Shown piece after piece: positions 42,081 through 51,977 of a stretch of DNA of 54,213 bases. The notes below the pieces were generated by a model. It worked only from the letters and a program-made list of their open reading frames with translations, had not been told where the DNA came from and did no database searches. The DNA comes from Barthelona sp. PAP020. Lineage: Eukaryota. Position numbers and translations under genes: made by a program. The stretch lies in assembly GCA_040182905.1 (NCBI GenBank), contig JARQWU010000039.1:1-54213 (forward strand). Reading direction: 5' to 3'. Within the stretch, counting starts at the first letter, position 1; every line of letters starts with the position of its first letter.

Positions 42081-43190
42081 ATGAATTTTAGTCAGATTAA
42101 CGGAAACACAATACAATTAAATGACACTTTTTCCAAAATGTCAATGATTAATATAACTTCAAATGAAATGAAAAATAATCGCACTAATGTGACCATAAAC
42201 AATGTTGATTTACCAATAAATCATGAATTTATTCATAGTAACAGTAATGTACCTTCTTTTCGATTTGGGTCAACCCAAAAATCTAATTCTTCTCAAAGTT
42301 TAAAGAAAGGAAAATCCAATGAAAAAGTATCAATAAAAGAAACTCTTTTCAATAAAAAAATGAAAGAACCTCGTCGAAAAAAAAAATCTTCAGTTTCAAA
42401 GAATGATTTTGAAACCACCCCAAAAAAACAAAACAATGTAAATGATATTGACACTAATATTGCAACAAAAAGATATTTAACTTCATTGAAGAGAAAAAGA
42501 CCTGAAACTTCTCAAAGTTTTCGACGGTCAAACGAATTTCAACCAAGATATAGTTCTTTTGATAGTAATTCCTCGAGTAGCAGAGAAAATTCGTCAAATT
42601 TTTCCAAAATCAATTCAGATGTTGCAGAATTAAAAAGTTGGTTGAATGAACAATTAGTTGAGTTAAAAGCAAGAGACACCCAACCATGTCCAATTCGTTT
42701 GAATATTTTCCGGGAATTATTTGCGAAAGTGATTGAAAAAGCTGGTGAATGGGCTCCATTATTAACATTGATAAAGAATGAATATGATTCCATATATAGT
42801 ATGAACAGTTCAACCATAACACAAAATTCAATTGATTTTGATGATTTTTGTGAAAAATCAAGCACTGAAACAGAAAATTTGAACTGTGAAATTTCAAAAC
42901 TAAATTTTAAGATTAGGTCGCTTCAACAGAGTATTAAAACCAAAGATGCACAAATTAAACAATTGCAATCAGAAAATACTCGTTATAAAACTGTTGAAAC
43001 AATGGAAAATTATCACATTGAATCCACTAATCATTTTACATCAAAACAATTGTTGAAAGAAACAGAAATCTCAATTTTAGATGATAATAATGATGATGAT
43101 GTTCATATTGACATGGACAACTCAATCGACTTTGATTCACAGTCTTTCAAAGAACAATATGAAAGAATATCTACAATCATGAACATGTAA
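42081..43190 (+). CDS. Coiled-coil protein with TSNAXIP1_N-like domain
   Basis: LKSWLNEQL...RLNIFRELF..VI......PLL..IKNEYD resembles the TSNAXIP1/C6orf118 N-terminal domain. Confidence 0.65.
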   Translation: MNFSQINGNTIQLNDTFSKMSMINITSNEMKNNRTNVTINNVDLPINHEFIHSNSNVPSFRFGSTQKSNSSQSLKKGKSNEKVSIKETLFNKKMKEPRRKKKSSVSKNDFETTPKKQNNVNDIDTNIATKRYLTSLKRKRPETSQSFRRSNEFQPRYSSFDSNSSSSRENSSNFSKINSDVAELKSWLNEQLVELKARDTQPCPIRLNIFRELFAKVIEKAGEWAPLLTLIKNEYDSIYSMNSSTITQNSIDFDDFCEKSSTETENLNCEISKLNFKIRSLQQSIKTKDAQIKQLQSENTRYKTVETMENYHIESTNHFTSKQLLKETEISILDDNNDDDVHIDMDNSIDFDSQSFKEQYERISTIMNM

Positions 43191-43407
43191 ACAATTGTCA
43201 TCAACAATAAACATTCAAACTATATGGTATCCATTGCTCGTTGTTTTAAATGGAATGTAATTTATTATATTAAGGGAAATTTGTAAATAAAAAGAGACAT
43301 CTGTCATTTGTTTCATTGTTTTTTTATTTGTTAATTGTTGCAATAGTTAATTAGATTTGTTGGAGATTTAAGTTTTGTGTGATTTTCTTTTATTTTGGTA
43401 ATGTGTG

Positions 43408-44409
43408 ATGGTTTTTAAAATCAAACAGTACTTATTGGATCCACTAGATGGAAATATTTTAGATAATCCAGTTACAATTTGTTTTGAACCAAATTTTAGA
43501 TTTTCATCAAATAATCTTAATGATTTCGAGTTTTCCCCTACAAGTAACCGTAAGTTTTTGTTTTCAAGAGATGTTTATCCTGATTTAATGTTAAAGAATA
43601 TCATTGATGCTCTATTCATAAAAAACAATGAAGAGGAAGAGAACTTCATTCTATATAATTCAATAGTTAAAGGATATGAACATATAGTTGAATATTTATT
43701 GAAAATAAAAGGATTAAATCCTAATAAAGGGCCAAATGTTTCACCATTGACTTTTGCTGTTTCAAAAAATTATCTATCAATGGTAAAACTGTTATTAACA
43801 TTTGGAGCTGATATCGAATATGATAATGGTAATGGTATTACACCGTTAGCTGTTGCTTTACAATGTAACCAAGAAGAATCAGCGTTTCTTTTAATAGACA
43901 GTGGTGCTGATATTTTTAAAACAAATAAAGACAATTGTACAATGTTGCATTATGCCTCTTTTTCAAATAATGTCAATTTAGTGAGGAGATTATTAGAATT
44001 GCATGTTGATCCCAATTTAAAAACAAAAGATGATGTATTACCTTTACATATGGCTTCATCTGGTGATTCTGTAGAGGTTGTTAAAATGTTGTGTGAAAAT
44101 ACTGAAGATCCATTGGTCAGAGATCGAATCAATGATGCTAATGCTTTAATCATTGCTTCAAGTGAGGGTAGTTTCGAAATTTTTAAATATTTATTGGAAA
44201 AGGGTTTTGATCCCAATTCCACTGATAATAATGGATTTTCTGTTATTATGCATTGTGCTATGGGTAATTTTATGGAGAAAATTAAATATTTGTTGGAAAA
44301 CTATGAAGTTGATTTGAAATTAAGAAGTGTTGATGATGAAACTGTTCTGGATATATGTGTAGATATGAATTTAACAGAGATTCAAAGACACATTCAAAAG
44401 TTTTTTTGA
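43408..44409 (+). CDS. Ankyrin-repeat protein (divergent repeats; lacks the shared C-terminal domain)
   Basis: SPLTFAV, TPLAVAL, TMLHYAS, LPLHMAS and NALIIAS ankyrin units. Confidence 0.85.
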   Translation: MVFKIKQYLLDPLDGNILDNPVTICFEPNFRFSSNNLNDFEFSPTSNRKFLFSRDVYPDLMLKNIIDALFIKNNEEEENFILYNSIVKGYEHIVEYLLKIKGLNPNKGPNVSPLTFAVSKNYLSMVKLLLTFGADIEYDNGNGITPLAVALQCNQEESAFLLIDSGADIFKTNKDNCTMLHYASFSNNVNLVRRLLELHVDPNLKTKDDVLPLHMASSGDSVEVVKMLCENTEDPLVRDRINDANALIIASSEGSFEIFKYLLEKGFDPNSTDNNGFSVIMHCAMGNFMEKIKYLLENYEVDLKLRSVDDETVLDICVDMNLTEIQRHIQKFF

Positions 44410-44806
44410 AATTGATAGTGTTTTTCCCCTTTCATTTATTTGTTTAAGGTTGTTTAAGGTTGTAATTAATTGTTTATAAACTTCAGCAGGATCTTGATTT
44501 GTGATTTTCACTCAATAAAGCAGGATTTTCCTTTTTTGTTCAAATTTTTTTTTTTCGATTCTCATCAATTCAAAAAATAAAAAGTTTTGCCCCAGGAAAA
44601 AGTTTGTCTTTTTTTCATATGATGTTCTGTGCGCCTTTTACGAAAGAGAAAAGAAGATTATTGTGGATATTTTTTTGAATATCATTTATAACAAAAGATT
44701 TTACCACAAAGAGAAAAAGAAAAAAATGTTCAAAAGATAAAAATCTTAAAGACTTTGTGTAAACATTTTTTTTTCGATCAAAACTGATCTAAAGTGTTGT
44801 TTTACA

Positions 44807-45544
44807 ATGAAAATAGTATTTATAACAATACCATTGTTGATTTTATTGTCTTTAACGTTTGCAAAGCCTTCTACTGTTTCTTTGTACATGAATAATCCTT
44901 TTCAATCCAGTTATAATTTTCTTAATAATGAATACGGCAATGATGTCGTTGATAACCAGTTATTGACAACATATTCGGACATGAATTTTGGATTTATTCA
45001 TGCCAATTTAACTTTTGGATTTATGACTTATAAAGGATTATCTACTTTGGCATATGTTCATGACATGGGTCACAGATTTGATGTAGCTCATAAATACAAT
45101 ATTTCTGAGAGTAACAGAGGGGGTGAAACATTTGCTGCCTTTAATATTGGGGCTGGTGCGTTATTTGTTGGTAATACCAATATTACTGCTGATTTACCTC
45201 ATTTATTTAACAATAAAATTGGGTCTCCCATAAGGAACATCAGTCCCAAAATCAACCATATTTATATTGGTCGTGTGTATTCATTAAACTATGCCAGGGA
45301 TATCTTTTTTAAGTTACAAATTATCGATTATCAAAAAGAATCAAATGTAGTATTGATTTGTGATGTTTTATATGCTGGTAGTTCTTGGATATCGCCAAGT
45401 ACTCTTGGAATTATTGTTTTAGTCTTAGCTGTTGTACTTTCGTTATTTGTTGCCAAATTTTATTGTGATTGTGGTAATCGTTCCAGAGGTCGCATGGAAG
45501 AATTTGCTCCCTTAAACAGTTCTCGGGTAGAATGGAATGCTTAA
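44807..45544 (+). CDS. Predicted type I membrane protein of unknown function
   Basis: Signal peptide, ~175-aa ectodomain, TM LGIIVLVLAVVLSLFVA, Cys-containing juxtamembrane tail. Confidence 0.75.
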   Translation: MKIVFITIPLLILLSLTFAKPSTVSLYMNNPFQSSYNFLNNEYGNDVVDNQLLTTYSDMNFGFIHANLTFGFMTYKGLSTLAYVHDMGHRFDVAHKYNISESNRGGETFAAFNIGAGALFVGNTNITADLPHLFNNKIGSPIRNISPKINHIYIGRVYSLNYARDIFFKLQIIDYQKESNVVLICDVLYAGSSWISPSTLGIIVLVLAVVLSLFVAKFYCDCGNRSRGRMEEFAPLNSSRVEWNA

Positions 45545-45707
45545 TTGTATATGTATATATTTAAAGTAAAAACATACATCAACATATATTTACTTTTGAC
45601 GTTTCGAATTTCTGTATTAATAAAATCAAAACAAATTTTTCTTTTTTGAGCAGTTGCAAGCTTTTATTGATTAACCTACCGAGTTCTAAAACCAAGAAGT
45701 TTTGTGT

Positions 45708-46817
45708 ATGTCTGTTGAATCTACTGAATTGTTCAAACGAGAAACTATTATTAATGCATTTAATTGGGAAGTTGATGTAAACTTCATGAATGAAATTGAA
45801 GATGTTATTCAACTGATTTAAATGATTGTGGATATTCAACAAATGGTGAACTTTTTTTTACTTGCAGCAATAAAGAAGTGAATATAATTGATACAAAAAA
45901 TAATAAACTACTTTCCATTTTGCGTCATCATAAACACAATGTTTTGAATATTGCTTTTTCTCCAAACGAACAAATGTTTGCCGCATGTTCACTGATAAAC
46001 ACATCATTATATGCAGCTTAATAGATTTCTCCATCATATGTGGATTGATTAATGACACCTATGTAAATGGAATTTGTTTTTCCCATTGTTCTAATCATAT
46101 GTATTTTGGTGATGAAAGTGGTGACAAAGATGTTGTGTTTGAGACCAAAATTCACAATGAACAAATTTGCAAATTGAAGCTATCATTGGACGGCAAATAT
46201 TTATTGACTTGGAGTTCAGACAAAACTGCAAAACTGATCAATCCTAAAAATTTTTCAGTTTTTTGTTCAATTAGACAGGACGCGGTAATTTTTAGCATTG
46301 ATTTGAATTCTACTGGTAGTTTTATTGCTATTGATGACAAAGGGAAAAAGTTAAGCTTTGGGATATGAAAGGACACCTTGTTAAAGTATTCAATATGGAG
46401 AACTATGTATTTTGTGTTCGTTTTATGACTTCAAACATACTGTTTATTATAACTAATGGAGGTAATATTGCTTCATATAATTTACTTAGCCTTCATGAAA
46501 CACAAAAAAAAATTTTCGATTTTGATCGTTTTTCGACAATTTTTTCTTTTGCAATATCACGCAATTTTGATAAACATTCCGAACTCATTGCCTTATTAAA
46601 GGAAGGAGGTAACGTTGTATCAAATCTCATTTCTTTGGGGGTAAGTTCTTCGAAAATTCGACATTTACTAACTTTATATATTTGTTTAAATCAAAATGAA
46701 TACAGCTTGATCCTTGATACATGTTGAGATTTGATTGACCTGAATGAACAAAATGGAGGAAACATGTATGAGTTTATCGATGTGGAAAATGTCCAAACAA
46801 GTGATTGTGATGATTAG
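45708..46817 (+). pseudogene. Disrupted paralog of the WD40 + C-terminal-domain gene at 28753
   Basis: MSVESTELFKRETIINAFNWEVD aligns with MEVELIEELKRRKISNFIPWKID, followed by DCGYSTNGE and LSLDGKYLLTWSSDKTAKLINP. Frameshifts near 45810, 45990 and 46350, two internal deletions, and an in-frame TGA at 46725 (C*DLIDLNEQNGGNM). Ends at TAG 46817. Confidence 0.85.
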
Positions 46818-47446
46818 AAAAGAATGTTACCTTTTTTCAATCCTTCATTATTATTTTTCTGAGTTTTTTTTTTTTTTTCTGTATCTCTTTTTTTTAAAGA
46901 ATTGTTGGTAAATGGATTTGAGCACCCGTCCTCTTTTAATTTACAAAGAAATAATAAAGCGCTTAGTATTTTTGATTTGTATTCATTCACGTCTGATTTT
47001 GCTACAGTACACGAAACACTGTGCAAAAGACCAATAAAAAAGAAGATAAAATTTTTCTAATGCTTTTCGAGGATTAAACATCGGAATTTATGAGAGAATT
47101 TGTTGAAATATTTGTAAATAATAAACCTCCTTCTCAATCTCAATTAATAGTTTTATTGGGTAATATGTCAATTTGCGAGCTTTAATTCATCTATTTTTCT
47201 TTAATATATTCAATTTTGGAAATTTTATGATGTGGAAGAGTCTTAACGAATTTTTTTCCTAAAAACAAAAGATAAAACAGTAATTTTCTCACAATTATCT
47301 ACCTGAAATAAAAATTTTAGTTGTTTTTTTCAATTTGCCAGAATGGGTTTGTTCAATCTCAATCTTTTTTGGACAAAATGAGAGTTCTTTGAAACTGGAA
47401 TTATCCTATTTAATCGACCAATTTGAGCCACTCACCATGCCTAAAT

Positions 47447-47685
47447 TTGGTCGAGTTGTGAAACAACTATCTTTATTTACAAAGAAAAAGCAACCAAAGA
47501 AAGCTCTTTTCCTTAAATCTCAGCCAAAAAATGTGTAACTGTAATTGAATCTTGCTCAAGTATGAAAATTTTGGAAAAAATTTCTATTCCTATTTTTTTG
47601 TATCTTTACAAAAGCAAAATTTTAAAGTTTGAGTTTTGTCTTAGAAAATCTAAAGTTTTTCAATAGATCAATCGGGCCTCGAAAG
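47447..47685 (-). repeat. Degenerate repeat, inverted copy of 51140-51390
   Basis: Reverse complement CTTTCGAGGCCCGATTGATCTATTGAAAAACTTTAGATTTTC...TAGTTGTTTCACAACTCGACCAA matches 51140 onward. Confidence 0.8.
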
Positions 47686-47695
47686 TCTTTAACAT

Positions 47696-47781
47696 TTATT
47701 TCCAAGCCAAGAAGTACTGTGCGTATGGTGAATAGAAAAGAATAGTGTTTATTTGGTCAAAAGCTTTCGAAGCCTGATTGA
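47696..47781 (+). repeat. Direct copy of 51072-51157
   Basis: TTATTTCCAAGCCAAGAAG.A.TGTGCGTATG...GCTTTCGA.GCC.GATTGA occurs at both sites. Confidence 0.8.
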
Positions 47782-47837
47782 ACATTCAATTCACGTTAGG
47801 TACAAGAAAAGGTATACGAAAGCTTTTATATACGGTG

Positions 47838-47928
47838 NNNNNNNNNNNNNNNNNNNNNNNNNNNNNNNNNNNNNNNNNNNNNNNNNNNNNNNNNNNNNNN
47901 NNNNNNNNNNNNNNNNNNNNNNNNNNNN
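47838..47928. other. Assembly gap (91 N)
   Basis: Run of N. Confidence 1.
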
Positions 47929-49034
47929 AATCCCTAAAAAAAAAAAAAGAAATGACTTCAATAACTTTGGATAGAAAATTTGATTAAGGAAATTCAGACA
48001 ATGGTTGAAAATTTTGGGAAAATTTCTTTTGTAATCTTTCAAGATTCTTTATTAGCCAGTGAAATTAGATTCTTCTTTGTCTTAAGCTCAACTAGTTGTT
48101 TTATTATTTGAAAAATTCTGAAATACGAGAATTTTTGCTTGATTCAAATTCTGGCGCATTTCTTCACGCTTTTCTTTTTCCCTCCTTGTGAAATGCCCAC
48201 TACGCTACACAATTCTCCAAAAGTTAAAATTAAAACTGGATAATTTTGCTTTTGTCAAATCCAAAAAGGAAACAAGGACAAGAAGCTCTTTCTCAATGAC
48301 GCAACTTAGACCATACAACAGAATTTCAGTTTGGATCTCACACCATGAATTTTGACGGAAATTCACAGAAATGACTTTTTGGTTTGTTTTCTCTGCAAAC
48401 AAGTTTATGTCACCACTACACCAAAGTCTCATGCCACTTATATCTTTTCTTTTTGTTACAATACCGATTGTTGGAGTCCAACACAACAAGAACAAAAGAC
48501 AATTACAAATGATGTTGCTTTCATTTATTTACTTTGAAAGTTGTTACACAATACCAACGTTGGAGACTCTCATGAAGAAGAAAAAAAAAGTTTCTTCGAT
48601 TTAAGAAACAAGAGAAAATTTGACGGATAAATATCGCACAGTTGCAAGTTCAATTTGTGAATTTCGTGAGTAAAAATATGTCAATAGCATCATTACATCA
48701 ACAAATCTGAAAAAATAAATTGGAACAATGTCTTTTGTTTGAAAAATTCGAACAAACATCATTATGACAAACTTTCATAATTGTGCGACATTTTCACAAT
48801 GTTTAAATTAATATCGTAAGTTCAATTCGCTGCATCAATTCGAAAAAGGAAATCTCAAGAAAGAATAAAATTATATTGTAAAGAGTTCTCCACAAACCAG
48901 TCAATCAATTAACAAATTTCATTTTGCCAACAACCAAATTAAATTAATGCCTGATTTGAGGGATAAATATTGAATATCCAAAGAGAAATGATAAATTTGG
49001 AGGATCAAATTTTTTTTTTTTTTCTTTGTCGACA

Positions 49035-50543
49035 ATGGTTGTTAACACTGTAGTTGAGGAAACTGACCCTTATGTTAAGTACAACATGGATCAAGTTGTT
49101 GTTCCAGATGGGTTTGATGTGGATGGATTTGAAGATAATGGTCGTCCAAAGAAGATCTTTTTTGCAGCATGTGATGGTAATCTTGAGGTTGTCAAGCAGT
49201 GTATCAAAGCTGGCGTTGATGTGAACAAACAAGGCAAGGAAGGAAGGACACCGTTGTATGGAGCTTGTTTTAATGGGCAAATTGAAGTTGTTGGGTTTTT
49301 GTTGGATTATGGCGCTGATGTTCATTTGAGTATGAATGACGGTGCCTCTCCATTGTACATCAGTTGTCAAAATGGTCATTTTGATGTTGCCAAAATGCTC
49401 TTAGATCATGGAGCTGATGTTAATTTGTGTAATAATAATGGTATTTCTCCATTGTCCATCAGTTGTCAAAAAGGTCATTTTGATGTTGCCAAAATGCTCT
49501 TAGATCATGGAGCTGATGTTAATTTGTGTAATAATAATGGTATTTCTCCATTGTCCATCAGTTGTGAAAATGGTCTTCTTGATGTTGCCAAAATGCTCTT
49601 AGATCATGGAACTGATGTTAATTTGTGTGATAATGATGGTTATTCTCCATTATTTGTCAGTTGTCAAAATGGTCATCTTAATGTTGCCAAAATGCTCTTA
49701 GATCATGGAGCAGATGTTAATTTGTGTATGAAAACTAATCTTTCTCCATTGTACATCAGTTGTCAAAATGGTCATCTTGATGTTGCTAAAATGCTCTTGG
49801 ATCATGGAGCTGATGCCAATCAATGTACTAAAGATGGTGCTTCTCCATTGTACATCAGTTGTCAAAATGGTCATCTTGATGTTGCCAAAATGCTTTTGGA
49901 TCATGAAGCTGATGCCAATCAATGTACTGAAGATGGTGTTTCTCCATTGTACATTAGTTGTCAAAAAGGCTATCTTGATGTTGCCAGAATGCTCTTGGAT
50001 TATGGAGCTGATGTTAATTTGTGTAGGGACGGTGGATTTTCTCCATTGTATGTCAGTTGTCTACAAGGTCATCTTGATGTTGCCAAGATGCTTCTAGATT
50101 GTCCCGAAATAAACATATATGGTGAAGATATGCTGTTATTTTTCAACATATTGTATACAAATGAATGGGAAAAAATCCAATACAGAATTTTGAGCTGTCC
50201 CAATTTAAAACAACAATTGAAGAGTGGCGAGTCTGTTGATTTGAAATTTGCGCATGTGTCCAAATCCGAGTTGATTGAATTGGTGAAGGATAAGGGCTAT
50301 CTTTTATCAACACTTGTTGCAATGAAGGTAGACAGTGTCATCATCCGAGAATTTGTCAGTACTGGAGTTTACATGAATCAAAGAGATTTTGACATGTCAA
50401 TCAACTTATGTTGGGATTTGATTGACATCAATGAAAGGAATGGTGGTAATATGCGTCAGTATATGAAGATTAAAAAGGTCTTTTTTGTGGTAACATGTTT
50501 ATTCCATTTATGTTTTGTGGATATTTTCTTCACATATAAATAA
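49035..50543 (+). CDS. Ankyrin-repeat protein (~10 repeats) with shared uncharacterised C-terminal domain
   Basis: Two divergent plus eight near-identical ankyrin units, a linker, then SELIELVK...CWDLIDINERNGGNMRQYM. ATG at 49035. Confidence 0.9.
   Translation: MVVNTVVEETDPYVKYNMDQVVVPDGFDVDGFEDNGRPKKIFFAACDGNLEVVKQCIKAGVDVNKQGKEGRTPLYGACFNGQIEVVGFLLDYGADVHLSMNDGASPLYISCQNGHFDVAKMLLDHGADVNLCNNNGISPLSISCQKGHFDVAKMLLDHGADVNLCNNNGISPLSISCENGLLDVAKMLLDHGTDVNLCDNDGYSPLFVSCQNGHLNVAKMLLDHGADVNLCMKTNLSPLYISCQNGHLDVAKMLLDHGADANQCTKDGASPLYISCQNGHLDVAKMLLDHEADANQCTEDGVSPLYISCQKGYLDVARMLLDYGADVNLCRDGGFSPLYVSCLQGHLDVAKMLLDCPEINIYGEDMLLFFNILYTNEWEKIQYRILSCPNLKQQLKSGESVDLKFAHVSKSELIELVKDKGYLLSTLVAMKVDSVIIREFVSTGVYMNQRDFDMSINLCWDLIDINERNGGNMRQYMKIKKVFFVVTCLFHLCFVDIFFTYK
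49347..50100 (+). repeat. Eight tandem 99-bp ankyrin-coding units
   Basis: TCTCCATT recurs at 49347, 49446, 49545, 49644, 49743, 49842, 49941 and 50040. Confidence 0.95.
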
Positions 50544-50904
50544 TAGTTTATTCTTTTTTTGATATAGTCTCTGGTAAAGGTTTTTTACTAATTGAGTGAT
50601 TTGAAGAGGGCTTGGAATGTTTCATTTGGGGCGCTTTAACTTCACATAGAACTTCTTCTTTCATTCAATACAAAACTCAGATTCTTTGTCTAAGAAATAG
50701 AATATACCTTGTTGGACAATTACTTTATAAAAACAAAAGAGCAGTTGCTTTATTGTATTGTTTTGTAATTGTTAAACAGTTCATCATGACATTTTTGTCA
50801 TGCTATTTAATAACAAAGGTAATGTGCTACAAATCTCTTTTAGAATGATCAAAACCAATATTTCTATGCTGCTCTCTTCAATTTTTAATTTTCAAAAAAG
50901 AAAG

Positions 50905-51690
50905 TCAGAACTTTAAAATTTTGCTTTTGTTGGATACAAAGAACAGGGACAAGAAAATCTCACCAAATTTTCCCACTTGATCATCGAAGTTACATTTCAG
51001 TCCTTTAATTCTCCGCTTTGGTTTTGACTAAAATTCATCAAAGTGAGTGTTTTGAATAAATTTTATTGCAATTATTTCCAAGCCAAGAAGCAATGTGCGT
51101 ATGAGTAAACAAAAAAGATGGTGCTCATTTGTTTAATGGCTTTCGAGGCCCGATTGATCTGTTGAAAACTTTAGATTTTCTGGGGGAAAGTTTAAACTTT
51201 AATATTTTGCTTTTGCAAAAATACAAAAAAATAGGAATGAAGAATTTCTCTGAAATTCTCCTTCTTGATTATTCAAATTACATTTCAGTTCCTCAACTGC
51301 CCTCCTGGGATTTTGACTGAAGTTTGCTAGAATGAGTTTTCTGAGTTTACTTTCTTTGTAAATAATATAGTTGTTTCACAACTGGACCAATTATTAGATA
51401 TTTATGAGGTATGAGTTGTTCAGTGAACAACGAAACGAGTTAGTTTAAGGTTTTGGAAAACTCACGTGGATTCAGATGCCCAAGTAACTTAAAAAATTGG
51501 ACCTAAAGATGGTCAAGAAACAACAAATAAAGGGAGTGATATTTGATGACCTCTTTATATCTTCAATAAATTCCGTTCATTGAGCATGAACTTCCACATT
51601 TCTATTTACTGAGATTTGATGAAATGAGTTCTCCCAATTGCTTTTTCTTTGTAGGTAAATATTGTTGTTTTACAATTGGACAAATTTTTA
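50905..51690 (+). repeat. Degenerate tandem repeat region (~285-290 bp period), possibly a decayed gene
   Basis: AACTTTAA.ATTTTGCTTTTG...TTACATTTCAGT...TTTTGACT occurs at ~50910 and ~51195; ATGAGTT...TTCTTTGTA...TTGTTT.ACAA.TGGAC at ~51330 and ~51620. Confidence 0.6.
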
Positions 51691-51834
51691 TTTTAAATGG
51701 ATAAATAGATTACTATTTCTAAATTCTTTCTTGTTTTGAAAATTATAAAGAATAAGTTGGAAAAAAAGGTTTTAATACCATAAAAATAATGATATAACTT
51801 TTAACAATTTTGATGATAGAGTTTTCTATTCCAA

Positions 51835-51905
51835 GCGGTATTGGTCTACTGGTAGAATACTAGCCTTCCAAGCTGGGGAACCGGGTTCGATTCCCGGATA
51901 CCGCA
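51835..51905 (+). tRNA. tRNA-Gly (anticodon TCC)
   Basis: Acceptor stem GCGGTAT/ATACCGC, D arm, anticodon arm CTAGC-CTTCCAA-GCTGG, T arm CCGGG-TTCGATT-CCCGG, followed by TTTT. Confidence 0.95.
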
Positions 51906-51977
51906 AATTTTAAACAAAATTTATTATTTCGAGGATCGAGTCTTCGAAAATGAAATAATATAATCAACAACATTCAC

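Noticed and set aside
44441..44463. TGTTTAAGGT tandem as a telomeric repeat
   Set aside because: Only two copies, in an internal position.
46725..46727. UGA reassigned to Trp (alternative genetic code)
   Set aside because: TGA terminates normal genes here (dynein, TBCE-like, SNARE, 37785), TGG is used for Trp, and this gene has several other lesions.
49347..50100. CRISPR-like or DGR-like array
   Set aside because: The units are in-frame 33-codon ankyrin repeats; there is no cas or reverse transcriptase gene, and the variation is not adenine-specific.
15474..50544. TAAA poly(A) signal overlapping stop codons, as in Trichomonas
   Set aside because: 9 of 16 TAA stops are followed by A, which is not clearly above expectation for such AT-rich DNA.
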